A stretch of 61,860 nucleotides of DNA, the filler included, from Choristocarpus tenellus KU-1152 (taxonomy: Eukaryota > Protista > Phaeophyceae): assembly GCA_964200185.2 (NCBI GenBank). It is 11 parts of 11 records of this genome, joined end to end, with 100 filler letters (N's around TTAATTAATTAA, not from the genome) between each part and the next. Parts side by side here need not be neighbours in the genome. Positions count along the whole stretch, not along the records: positions 1 to 6,164 come from CAXNAD020008786.1; positions 6,265 to 12,081 come from CAXNAD020009680.1; positions 12,182 to 14,682 come from CAXNAD020027289.1; 8 more parts are not named here. One strand, given 5' to 3'. This document shows, in pieces, positions 1-12,580 of the stretch. A model generated the notes under the pieces. It searched no databases and was not told the DNA's origin. It saw nothing but the letters and a program-made list of their open reading frames with translations. A program made the translations under genes and the position numbers. Position 1 is the stretch's first letter. The number at the start of each line of letters is the position of its first letter.

Positions 1-1060
1 CTGTTCTTTGTCCTTCATTAAAGCACCATAAAAGCCGCGGGTCCAGTGTGGGATAGTTCAACATCCTGCTGATCCAACCGATATAGGGATCGGCGGCTGC
101 AATTGTGGCTAGGTACGGGAACGAGGACAATCCGGACGGCAGGAAGGGCATGGTTGGAACTGGAACTAAGTCTATGAGGGCTAGTCGGAGGACGAGATTT
201 TAGTGGGATCGGCAATGTTGAAGCCACGCCTTTGAGAACTGTGGTGCTCAGCATCCGAGGAGAGGATGGGCTTTGGTCTTATAACTCGACCGATTATTTG
301 CTGATTTCTACCGATTGAAGGAACTTACGCTCAGCAAAATGAAACGTATGAATTCTCCTCGGTGTCACGGACACTATGCCACATTTTTTTGCGCAACTGA
401 TATTAACGCGACCTGGTATCAGGTAGGAGGAAGTGTCGCGAGAGATTGTCTCCTCAAGTAACACTACCTATGGGAAGTACGGGTAGTACCCCTGCATGGT
501 GCTGCAAGACACAATACACAGGCAACTATCAACAGGCGGGCAGTTGGGAACGGATTGGAGTATATAATTATTGCGCATACTGCCTCAAAAGGTATCATGT
601 TGATGGTAGTGCCACAAATATTCTAGAGGCAATTCACCTACAGACCAGCCATATACGATGACGCCTGGAGTTCTTCAATGCCCGCCTTCAACACTATCTA
701 TTCCGTCGTAATGTCGTCCTCCACATGGCCGCCATAGACTTCATTCCAATTCTGACCATGTTCCCCTGTCGACTAGGTTACCATCGTTGTCATACCTAGC
801 CACAATTTCCGCCGCTGACCCCTTTCTCACTTGGAGCAGGACGGACTGTAACAATTCATTATTCTTCAAGTGTGCATCATGTACTGTGTGGTCCACCACT
901 GTGAATGTGGGTGTGGGAGACTCAGGTCTTTCATATCTCCAGGTCATAATATTGTACAGACCTTTTCATCCTGTGTGCCTTATAAATGAGGGTCTCCATG
1001 TTGTCCAGGTCTCAAATGAACGTCACGTTCCACCCGTCCATATACAGACAGGTAGGTAGT
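1..1060 (-). mobile_element. Degenerate Ty1/Copia gag-region remnant
   Basis: Minus-strand 'VLLQVRKGSAAEIVARYDNDGNLVDRGTWSELE' resembles Copia gag (UBN2-type) helices. A decayed zinc-knuckle-like 'KKMWHSVRD' lies near 365-395. Bases 1-64 recur almost exactly, inverted, at 55929-55992. Confidence 0.45.
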
Positions 1061-1610
1061 TTCTCAGGAGACAATTATCCATATTTGACGGACTGATAAC
1101 CTGTAATTTTTTTCCTGATAGAGTGTGTAGCTCAAGACCAGAAGGGTATAGAAGTCGAGAAATGGAGGAGATGAGAGGTTTTCAAAATACTCACGTTCAT
1201 GAATGCGTGTACTACTGTACGATAGATTTAGTAATAAATTAAAGCTAATTCCATAAGTTTCAATTATAGCCTGATGAATATGAAATACAGGATTCGCTAT
1301 CTTATTTTGTAAATTTGTTTCTAAATTATATTTCTTACTAAATGCTAAATATTCATCAACACTTTTTGGTATCTATTCAATAACATACTCTCTTTCCTGT
1401 TATGTTCATATCTACACCAAATTTCTCTTTTGTATCCGTAAGAAATACCATGTGAGAATTACTGTCTGTCTCGATCTGTCCATATCTTCATCTATCAATA
1501 CATGAAATATTCTCTTTATTGTACAGCAAAAATATTAGTATTTTAGTGGATGTCCCTTACAAGTTACAGTTGGAGATCACCCATATGAGGATACCATTCA
1601 ATAATACAAG

Positions 1611-1830
1611 TTGGAGGTATACTGTCGTATGCAAACAATGGATGTGGACGTGGTGGAGGAGCTTGGGAATCCCTTCAAATGGTGGAAGGTGAAAGACAAG
1701 TTTTCTGGAAGAGTGAAATATTCTCAGAAGAAATTGCTGCACAACAAGCCACTTCGGGTACATTTGAACACCAATTCTCATCTTTTGGCAAGCACAACCG
1801 TGTCTTCCCTGAGGATGTTTTTGTTGATGG
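1611..1830 (+). mobile_element. hAT transposase C-terminal dimerisation domain remnant
   Basis: 'NPFKWWKVKDKF' then, after a frameshift, 'AQQATSGTFEHQFS' matches the hAT pattern (WW...IPATSxxSERxFS). Confidence 0.6.
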
Positions 1831-4789
1831 GACTGTGGTGCTGCGTTTTTTTCGTTGATCACCAAGTGCGAAGGCAAACCATAGTCATGGAGAAAAACGC
1901 GGTAACCTATACAGTGTTCTTGCTACCTCTGACTGGAAGGTCTTCTATCTACATGGGCGTAGGTTAGATGAGTACACGGTGTATTGTTTCCTCTGTGTAG
2001 ATGAAGCAATGAAATAGAGTGTATCGCAGGGGTATGAAAGATGGCTTAGAATGAGGTAGGGTTCAAACCTGCCTACCTCTGAATAATGAATATTTTCCCT
2101 CACACTTTACCCACCTGTCATATTCGCATGTGAAGTGGTAGGTTATTCCTTCCAATGCATGAAGGTATACCATATCTTTTGGCGTATGGAGACGAGGTAT
2201 CGTGAAATTCCTTCATTTTGACGTCCAATACCCAAACCTAAAAAAATATTTCTTAAAATATCAAGATTTTTTCATTTTTTTCATCAATCCTTTGAGTTTT
2301 TTTTGCATATACATTTAGATTTGAGAACTATCAGTACTCAATACTCTATCTATAATATCTTTCCATACTACCAACACAATTCAGAACATAAAATTAGGCT
2401 GTACGTGTCAGACAGAACCAAGAAAGAGGACCAAACACAAAAAATGAAAGAAAGAAGAACTCGATCCACCATCTACACACTATTAATAAAACCATTTAGA
2501 ACAACAATGACAGGTTGACCATGCCACATTCAGATGTAAAATACACTACGAAAAGTGACGATGTGTCAATTCGGTCGATGATATCCTTCCACAGCACGAA
2601 TCGGAGTGGGGGATTGTCGCCATCGGGTCCTTGTAAAGAATAGGCCGCGTTGGACATGTCCATGTGGGAAATCAGTCAAGCGCAACCCTATACGTTTCAA
2701 AACGGAGAGGCCTTCCATACGGTGATCAGTGGGTTTCACTTGGCGAAGACTCATCAAACGGGTGGCATAGATGTGTGGAGGATGGAACAAAATACTTTTT
2801 GGATACCAGGCATACCACCGCCTTGGGTATCAACTACATGTGATGATAATATCTACTGACCTATTTTTTTTCTTTGAAGGGTAAGGGGACTGGATTCTTG
2901 GTTTAGCCCCTTCCTGAACCAATCGTGGTTCTCGATGCTGGAGATGGTCCTTCAATTGTGCTTTCTATCTGTTTTCTTCATTCTGTGGACTTACTCGAAT
3001 CAACCTTTTTGCGATGTAGTTCGTACTTCTTTTCCTCTCTTTTTTTTGTTGCCTTCCTGATCAGGGGTTCGAGTATGATAGATGATATTTCCTTGTCCTT
3101 CAAAATATGTCTCTTACTTTCTTATTTTGAAGATCACCCCATCACACTTCGAAATAATGTGTGATAATCAACCAACCAATCACTATTAATGCTCACTGAA
3201 CCACTGTCCAAGACCTGGGACACATTGTCATCGACACTTTTAACAATCGGCAGGGTCCTACACATGAGACCAAGAAAACTTAGGGTCACATACATGTATG
3301 TGTCTGGTTTTTCTATCCAAACACCCCTCATCACATGATCTATCACTCAATTGAGACACCAAGTAAGACACAAAGAAAAAAAAGTGAGAATTGTAACACT
3401 TGACGAGGTTGGATGTGCGGGTGACCTACCTTTCTTTGGTACGAGGGGCTAGCTTCTTAACATGAGTGACGTAATGGGTCACCCATGAAAGGCTCTCTGT
3501 GATGCCAGTCGTCCGTTCGTCCGTGGAGGAGGTCGTTCCATCAACCACAGCAACATGCACGCTTACCATTTTGTTAATGACTCTGTCTCAAACAGAGCTA
3601 AACCAATTGAGACGTAGGCAGGTTTAGACCTAATCATATTTATTTCCCTTTGTAATATACTTGATTTCATTGCTTTTAATGTGCGCAATTGTGTCCTCAA
3701 AAATTGATATTCCACCTTTCCGCACGCAAAGTGACATCACATTTAAGCAAGGGGTCTTTCTACAATTGTAGAGATGACATATTTTCGTCCTTTCTTGGGA
3801 TCCATAAAATGCTACCCTCCTCACCTCAGTTCATTTGAACTACAACACAAGACTTTACACAACACACATACCAACTTTAGTTTTCATTTTATTTTTGAAG
3901 GACAACATGAAACGCTAAATCGAGCTTCGAAGGCGTTTGCATTCAGTACTGTCTTCTGTGAAGCACCACAATATAGGCACCCTCCCCCTTCAACAGGTGC
4001 TCCAGTGGTACCCCCTCCCATACCCTCTATTCGACTGAACAGTTGTGGCGTTATGTGTGTGTCTCTAGATTTTATAGGCATGAGTCATCATCGATCTTTT
4101 CAATTGCGAGCAGTGTTGAGAAGTCTTGTTTGGAGAGTGTGGTAAATAGGCAAACGGACCGTCCTTGCCAGTTGCTTGACTCTGGATACGACGTCGATTC
4201 TAATCCAAGGTTCTGCAATTTCCTACTGTACGAGTAAAAATATGATATTGATACCTTGAAAAAAATCTTAGATCTTGCCCTTCTGGTGATGAACACGTTA
4301 GGCGATTTAGTTTGTCCTTCCTTTATCATAACCGTAGTCCCGTGATTTTCCCCCACATAGGTTCTTTGAGAAATCTGGAGCTCATAATAATGCCCTTGCA
4401 TCTAATATCATGTTGATTGTTATACTCTCCTCGTTCACACCCTGGCCTGCCCTGAATCTTGCGTTGTTTTCGTCAGTCTTCTATTCTTTGCTCTTCCACC
4501 TGTTGTACGATTGCTTCACTCCCTCTTCCTGGAATCAAGGTGTCTTCTAGCGTGCCGCTGCTGTGGAAGGCATAGTGGGACAATGATATCCCTTCTGGGA
4601 GTTTGCCTTTCAACAGATCTCGACAATCTAGCTCTGTTCGTCGAGCCTCCCGTGGATGGACCGAAGGAGGCAAGTTGCTTGTTTAGGGTCACACTCAAGC
4701 ATCCCCAATCCCCTTTGCCTACAATAAACAGGTCACTTAGCCTTCCGCTTATTAAGAGATCTTTATGAAAACCTTTTGCAAAGCAATAG

Positions 4790-5267
4790 TTGGAATGATG
4801 AACCCCTTTCTGTGAATGCTCAGCCAGGCGCGATTCTCTTGTCTCTTCAGGACGCCTCAATTTCGCGCACCTTGCGAGGTGCGCCTCTTGTACTGAGACA
4901 TGAATTCGTGCCTTATCTCACGAGTTATACCCTATTGATGCTCTACACTAAAAACTTATCAGCACCCCCGTATCTCCCAAACCACCCCGCCCAGTGTAGT
5001 AACTTCTTCCATTCCCGATCCCCTAGTCTAGCAAGCTCACATTTCTGAGACCTTCAACACCTGATTAACTGCTCCATATGACAGAGGTCAGGCATATTGC
5101 ATAAAGGTGACTCTGTACGTGCAGTATCGAAGAGCGGGGACTGGCTTTTGCTTGAAAGAGAAGCAGAAGGAGGGGGGAGTACATCTCTGGGCTGGGCCGA
5201 TGGAGCTTGCATTGAGCCTGCAGAATTCCCAGCTTTCTATGAGTTTGGGGCTCATTTGCCAGACGCG
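4790..5267 (+). CDS. Probable exons encoding an SH3-like domain; gene incomplete
   Basis: Exon ~5086-5267 reads 'GILHKGDSVRAVSKSGDWLLLE...GWADGACIEP' and ends at donor GCG|GTACGT. A candidate upstream exon 4790-4878 ends GAG|GTGCG. Confidence 0.4.
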
Positions 5268-6164
5268 GTACGTTCGTTGCCTCTCTGAAACTCTCAATTG
5301 AAACTGAGCAACCAAGCCTAAACTCAATTTGAATTCTCCCCCCCCTCCCCCACTGCTTCACCACAGTATTGTTTTTTCTTTCTTCTCTTCATGACTGGTT
5401 GTGATGTCATTGTCTCCCCTATTGAAATTGAGTTAGTGGACTGATGTCTGTAGGTATGCTGCCTGTTTCGTAATATCCGAGAACACATGCGAATGCGAGC
5501 ACTATTGGTGTGTCCCTTTTACCCTTGTTTTTTTTGTTGCGCTTTGTCTAATTTTGTGGGAGGATTTGTTTTGATGGAGAATCACAGGGGCACCGAAAGG
5601 AAGTGAGATGTAGTGAAAACTAGGTCTTGTCCCTCTTGAAGCGAACACATATCATTTTGCAGGAAAAGCAAAGGCTGTCCTCCTCATTTTTATCTCACTA
5701 CTTACTGTTGTTGACATCGATCATAGAACACCATTTTGGACATTGACGTCTGTGAGACGTAGTGCTTCATGTTTTCCTGCTTCCTTCTACTTTTATATAA
5801 GAGAAATAATAGGATTGTGCTTTGTAACAGCGGCAGTTGTAAACGAGGGGCGTTCTTCATCTACAATAGTGCATTGATAACGGAAGAGCCGGTCCTATAT
5901 TTCTTGAAGACCAGGCAAATGCCTCGCTGGTGGTAAACCCTTAGTAGTGCGGAAGTGGGGCATTTTTGGCAGTGGCAAGATTCTGGGTGATGCTCTTGGA
6001 AAGGACTGAAACATGGCCCATCAAGTACACCTTACGCTGTTTCATGGACCTAAAATATGTGCTCACGCACGCACAACCCTCCCCCCCCCCCCCCCGGGGG
6101 TTAGCCGTTTGTTAAATTTTCTTGAGCCCCGGTAGCCAACTATTTTTTTTTTCAGCACTTTTCT

Positions 6165-6264
6165 NNNNNNNNNNNNNNNNNNNNNNNNNNNNNNNNNNNN
6201 NNNNNNNNTTAATTAATTAANNNNNNNNNNNNNNNNNNNNNNNNNNNNNNNNNNNNNNNNNNNN
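6165..6264. other. Artificial contig linker (N-TTAATTAATTAA-N, 100 bp). Also at 12082-12181, 14683-14782, 25135-25234, 28881-28980, 33071-33170, 43408-43507, 46211-46310, 53548-53647, 56167-56266
   Basis: The same six-frame stop linker sits in the middle of every 100-bp N block. Confidence 0.98.
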
Positions 6265-9200
6265 TCTGTGTAGACCCCCCCCCCCCCCACACACACACAC
6301 ACAGATACTTTGAGTCCATGGTTCACATCATCACACTATTTCCCTTGTACAGGAACAATCTTGCCGATAGCACAGTATCACGGTTCATTCAGTTCAATTT
6401 TGCTACCTTACGTGGGGTGGAAGGAGTTGAAGTAGTGTACCCTTGATCAAGTCTGATGTGTTCCAGGGATTGGAGCACAGCGAAAGCATTCAGCATGCCC
6501 AAGATCTGAGTGGAAGGACAAGAAAGGAAACCGACAACGTATGCAGGTGATCCCACTCTGGATGGAGATGCTCTCCATTACTGCGGTGTTTTTTAGGGAG
6601 AGCAAGAGCAGATATGGAGGGGGTTAGGGTTATTAGGGCAGAGAGGTGCCGCAAGCTATCTAAGCTCTACGTATGGGGGCTGGGCTGTGGGTGGTTTGAT
6701 TGCTTGCATAGTGTGAATGCCTTCTGCTGAGGCATTAACTGGTTGGAACCATTTCAAAAGTGGAATTGATGGAAGATGCCTTTTAAAAAAACTAGACACT
6801 AAAATCCCCCTTTTCCCTCTTAAACGGCATTATTTAAGATCCTTAATAGTGGTAAGAGCAATAATAGTAAATGGGAGTTGATAACATTTAGTCAGGCTTC
6901 TTGATGTTATTTGTTACTCTCTGTCATCCTACTTTGGATGGGTCCCAGGTTCTCATGATGACAATGAATAGCCCTTGAGTAGTTTTTCTTACTCTAGTAG
7001 GTATTTTCCCAAACAGATTATTTTGTTTTTATTGTCTTGTCTTGGAATACACTTTTTTCATAGTACCTACATTTCATCACGGCCCTCCAATCAGGGGTCA
7101 AATTGACTGGCCTTTACTCCCACCAAATGCAACAAAGTAGTTTTTATTCCCATCATAGTGCAATACGATGATCATCCTTGACCTGACTTTGATCAGAAAA
7201 TATCGGTTTGTATGGTGTGTGGATATGAGCATCGAAAAATCCCCCCTTTAAATACATTGGGTTCTCCTTTTGACCAGAGTAAGGTCAGGGTTAGTGAGAA
7301 TATTGGCTATCAATCATTGCATTGTGTGCTCTACTGGATCATATCTATTCCATTTCAATTGGACCTCATCTGGACAGACCTGGTCAAAATCAAGAACAAG
7401 ACATAACCTAGTGGAGGAGGTCCTATAGCAGCATTGCATGTTTGTAATGCATTACCACACATACTAAGCAACCACAGAATGATGCACCTATGAGATGAAT
7501 GCAGCAGTCAATAATGGAAGTAGTGACATGAATATTCTCCAGACCATCCACTCTTGCATCCAGGCAGGGACTACTCTGTCTGATGTTCCACCCGCAGGAG
7601 CAGTTCCACTCACCACCATAATTAACAACACTCCAGTGGTACAGAGAAGTAAAGTCTGTTGTTTTGCAACATGCTCAATCTCTTTTGTGAGGATTGTGTA
7701 GGGAAATTATTTTTTGTGCTCAAAGATATATTTCATTGTAGAAAAAATGGAAACCCTTTTGTGAGGTAATACCTACTGCATCCAATTGAAAACAAATAGA
7801 AAGCCTGTAACACACACCACAACCCTTTCGTACAAAGCATCACAGTCCACCCATGACTAATACTACCACCCCCACCCCTGTCTCAAGTTCCATCTAAACT
7901 ATGGAAAATATCAAACATTTTGAAGTTCACTCATCATGAATTTGTACTGTTTTAGCCTGTTGGCCTTCCACATCAACATGTTACCCTGTATCCTACTCTT
8001 TTCCACCCACCTACCCCTCTACAGGCAGTGTAGGTTTGACTTGTCATTTAATTCTCCTCTCACTCTCTCCTACCCTTTTCAACTGGAAGGATGGCGACCC
8101 CCCTCCCAACACTGCCTCCTTACACTATATCGCCAATGAGTGGGTGAAACCACATGTTAACACCCTTCCACCTTTCCCTGATCTTCCACATTCATTCATG
8201 CCCCACCCCATCCATAAAACATCATGCACCCGCTCTCCCCAAGAAACCCCAGCAATAACTAAAAAGAAATGAGCAGGAAACCATTAATCAAATTTAATAT
8301 AGTAAAGAAGAGGGGACAGTCTTAGTTACCTACTACGTACATTAAACAAGACAACATATCCTTGGAGCCTGCCAATGATAGCTCCATTGAAAACAGGAAC
8401 AGGAACAGGGACTGGAAAAGAGCTGCCAAACAATACAGCAGCTGGAGTGATAACGATCAACTCAATCATTCACAAGAAAACAGGAACCTTTTCACCTAGT
8501 TGTGGATGCTCCTCGCCTATCCAACCTTTAAACCAACCTTCCCTCTTCCCCTTCCCCACAATACCAACTCTCCGCCAGCACTGTGAAGACTCGCCATGCT
8601 GAAGACCTACAGTTCGTACATAACTTCTAAAAAGTAGACTAGTAGAGTGTACAACACCTCTGCAGACCCCCCCTTCCTCTCCTACTCGCCTTCTTTGCCC
8701 TAACCCACCCATCAAGTAGAATCTCCCATATCCCCTCTACTACAGTACAGAACATGCAAAATGCTTTACATTAGGGAATCTACCCAATCACACAAGGATC
8801 CTAGACCTGGTACTACCCTCAACAAATAATCAGGCACGTGTGCAAAGGATTGATAAAATGCCATGTCTATAATAACATGGAGTGGGTACTAGAAAAACTA
8901 AACAACTACGAACTACTGTAGGCAGATGATGTTAAAGCTATTGAGCGACACCAAGGTGACAAGACATGCGGACAGGAACCTGTTCAAGGTCGCTGGAGTC
9001 CTCTCTCCACCTCGTTTTCAACTACTAACTCCTCCTACAATACAGTTCAGTAGTGACACAATTATCACCACTGCCATCTCCCCAGCACATCTCACCCAAA
9101 GGTCAAGAGCGCAACAAACTCGTCAGAGATTATTGTGGGTCAGGTTGGGGGAGACAATCTCCAACATTTTGATATCTGTCAACACCAAATTGGACAAAAC

Positions 9201-10432
9201 CAGGCAAAAAGGAACACAGTCTCATGAAATCCCCCCTCCCAACATACCCCTGACCAGTTTACCAAAAATAACCACAGTGACCTTCCCCTCCCCAATCCCA
9301 ATCTGTCCACCTTGTATCTGATCCAGTAGAGCCTCCTCTGGGTGAAAAATGCTCTCTCGGAGGTAGCAAAGTCAACATAAAAAACCCCATAATGCACAAC
9401 TACCCCTGAGTTCTCCCTTCCCAATCCCATGAACGAATCTCAAATGAAGTACAAGTAAATCCACGCAAATCTACATGGTTTCAACAAATATAATCTTTAG
9501 GGGGAGGGGGAGGGAGAAGGGAAGAATCCTGCAAAAAATACACCTTTAACAATTCCCACAAATGTACGCTATCAACAATGAAAGGAAAGGGGGGGAGGGG
9601 GGTCACAAAACAATCTGTGTTGTTTCCATCGCCAGAACAGCATCGGGGGTGGATATAGACTTGTGAAGGGTTTCATCTGTTCCAATGACCTCAAGGCCGT
9701 CACATTGTAAGAAGAAAAGGGAGCGGGATTCTACTTGTAACTTGCAATCCATCCAAGCACTCACTTCAACAACTGCATTCCCCCCCCTATCTACCCCAGT
9801 ACCCAGTGTTTGTGGCAATTAAACTGATTCTCCCCTCCCTCCCCCCCCCACAGATATTTTTCGTGTGCACATCCCTTCCCACCTCACTCACTCCATAAAC
9901 TCATCTTTCCCTCTCTTTCACATCTCATATGAACTTTTTTATTCCCCTCTCTTCATCTTTTCGCTCTCTTTCTAGTGGATGGGGGCAGGCAGGGAGGTAG
10001 GACAGGCAGAGCAGGGCGTAACAGGAGTGGAAACAAAAGACCCCTTGCCAAACTCAATCACCTATTTCCAAGTAAGAGTGCATGCATAGGGGCAAGGGAG
10101 GGGAAAATGCAACCATCTGCTGCAGGATTGAAGAGTTGAATCTTATCTCCTTCCCTTCCCTCTTTCTCCCTTGGACACAACACACACCCAAAATATCACC
10201 TGCTTGCACAAACAATACCTCGCCCCCAGGCACACAAACACTCAAGACACATACACGTGTTAATGGAAGTATGCACACAGAGAGTCAGTCGTGTCTACAC
10301 CAATCCCAAAACAGGGACTACAGAGTGTAGACTGAGCCACTACTGGTGAAAGTGGACCTCAATCGGCTGCTCCCTCGACCCCTCAACCCTCATTCTTCTT
10401 TCATGCTGGCAACAGAGGCCACCACATTATCA

Positions 10433-11950
10433 TCACACCAGTGCCATGACCTCCCTCAGCAGGGCCTCATCTTCTTTCTTTACGAACCTACCCTTAACCC
10501 TCATCCTCGTGTCTGCAAAGTTCTTGCGTACATCATACTTCACCATCTTTGTCCAAACCTTTTCCATTTTTTTTTGTAAGCACATACACGCACCGTACGC
10601 CATAAAAGCACAACAAAAATAACAAAAAAACAAGTTTTATCCATTCAGACATGAAACAAGATTGGAAAGGTGTGAGGGGAGGGGGGTGGGGGAGGGGAGA
10701 ACGACCGAGCAGTGCAATGAGAGTACAAAGGGGAGGGAGGGAGATGGACAGCATCACAAAAACCAGGGAGACATGGGAGGAGGGCATAGCAAAGAAAAGC
10801 GAGAGAGGTAGGTAGGGCAGAGATGCATGGATCAGTATGTGGATCAAGGACAAGAGTGAAATGACAAGACTTGGAATGGGCAACTATTGCACATTACATC
10901 AGGGGAGATTTTTTTGAAAAGTAATATCTCAAGTCAACAATAGGGATCATGCTGTGCCTATGAAGGGGGTTGGCTGAGGGGGTTGCACCAAGAGTGAACA
11001 TGAAGAGGCAGGGAAAACGTTCAACTAGCAAAGGTTCAAACAGGACTTGGACCACGCCCAAGAACGGCTCTCTTTGCATGCTAGCAGGTCGGATCACTTT
11101 CACCCAGTTCCTCAGTCAAGAGGAAATCATACATTGAAGGAACACGTCAGTGTGTAAACCAAGGAGTTGGCCACAAAACATACCCCAAACACGGACTGGA
11201 CTGCCGCAACGACAACCAATAAATTGAATGCACCTGACCCTACACAGACCCTCATCACTCACTCCCCAGCCTCCTCAACCCAACCAAGCCAAGTGTGAAA
11301 ACTACCAGGACATACACTCAACCCCCTCCCATCAACTCCACATCACACACACAGAACCAATGTATACAAAACCGTCCAGTTCTTACCCGATGTTCCCTCT
11401 TCTGCATGAAGCGTTCTATTCGCTGCCGCCGTGCCCCAGGTGAATACGCCCCTACTAGCTTGCGTTCCCCATCCCCACCACCTACACCCTCCTTCCCTCC
11501 CCCCACTATGACACCAGTCCCGGGTACTGACGGTTTCCCTCGTGCTGCTGCTGTTGCTGCTGCTTCTCCTACCCTCCCTCCAGAAGAGACAGTGCCACCA
11601 GAGGATGCACTCGACTTCCCTGCAGCCAATGAACCCCGTCCTCCCTTCTCCCCCCTCAAATGCAGGCCTACCCCACTGGTTGCTGGAGTGATGGCCCCTT
11701 GTCCTGCGGAGGCCTCAGTTCCACACGCCCCAGTACCTCCCACTGCCGATCCCGATGTCCCTGCCCTAGTCCCTACAGTGTTTGATGCTCCCCCCCCAGA
11801 CATGGCTGAGGCTCCTGCAAGGGTAAGCTCACTCTTGATTGACGAGCCTCCTCTCGAGAGGAGCTGGAGACATGAAGACCACCCTGCAGAACCTGGTGAT
11901 GCGGAGCCCTTACTCCGCCCCAGGAAGGGCCCAGAGAGGGACTCAAGGTC
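10433..11950 (-). CDS. CCT-motif (CONSTANS/CO-like/TOC1) protein, last two exons (11950-11387, 10558-10433); 5' end off contig
   Basis: Spliced peptide 'VGAYSPGARRQRIERFMQKREHR|VWTKMVKYDVRKNFADTRMRVKGRFVKK' is a full CCT motif. The intron is phase 0 (CGG|GTAAGA...AAAG|GTT). Confidence 0.92.
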
Positions 11951-12580
11951 CTGAAGCTCATCCTACCAAAATGTACAGGATGAATCAAACAGGGGGGGGG
12001 GGCGATCAGGAAATGGGTTGTAGAGCTAGCCATGGATAGAGGTGTTGGCTTTGGAGAGGAGATGGGGGGACAAATAACACANNNNNNNNNNNNNNNNNNN
12101 NNNNNNNNNNNNNNNNNNNNNNNNNTTAATTAATTAANNNNNNNNNNNNNNNNNNNNNNNNNNNNNNNNNNNNNNNNNNNNTCGCGACATGAAAAAATTG
12201 ACCCCAAATGGACAGCCGTCACCCCCTCCCAGATACTTTGAGCCGTGTGATTCTCGAAAACCTCAATTGTAGACGAGTCATTGAGAAGATCACTGTAAGA
12301 GAGTCAGATAGGAGTTATTCGAGAAATCGATGTGGAAAGGGGTTAAGTTAAGACTGCGTGAGCGCAATGCATGAACGTGTTGAGTCATCATGGTTGCTGT
12401 GGGAAATCTCACAAGGTGTGGCCCTAGGCTGCCATATCTTTCCTTCCCCATGATCAGGCTGCCAAGAACCTCTCCGTATCACTCATTCCCGGCGGAACCT
12501 GCACATCAGGCATGGCTTCGATTTCCTGCGCACCTGACATGTCTGTGTACCTGGGGAAAAAAAGAGAACAATGTGACACA

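Noticed and set aside
6209-6220. TTAATTAATTAA as a biological motif
   Set aside because: It is always centred in 100-bp N blocks, so it is an assembly linker.
11295-11954. Plus-strand 219-aa ORF (also 13559-14095 and 38731-39513)
   Set aside because: These are antisense shadows of better-supported minus-strand coding regions.
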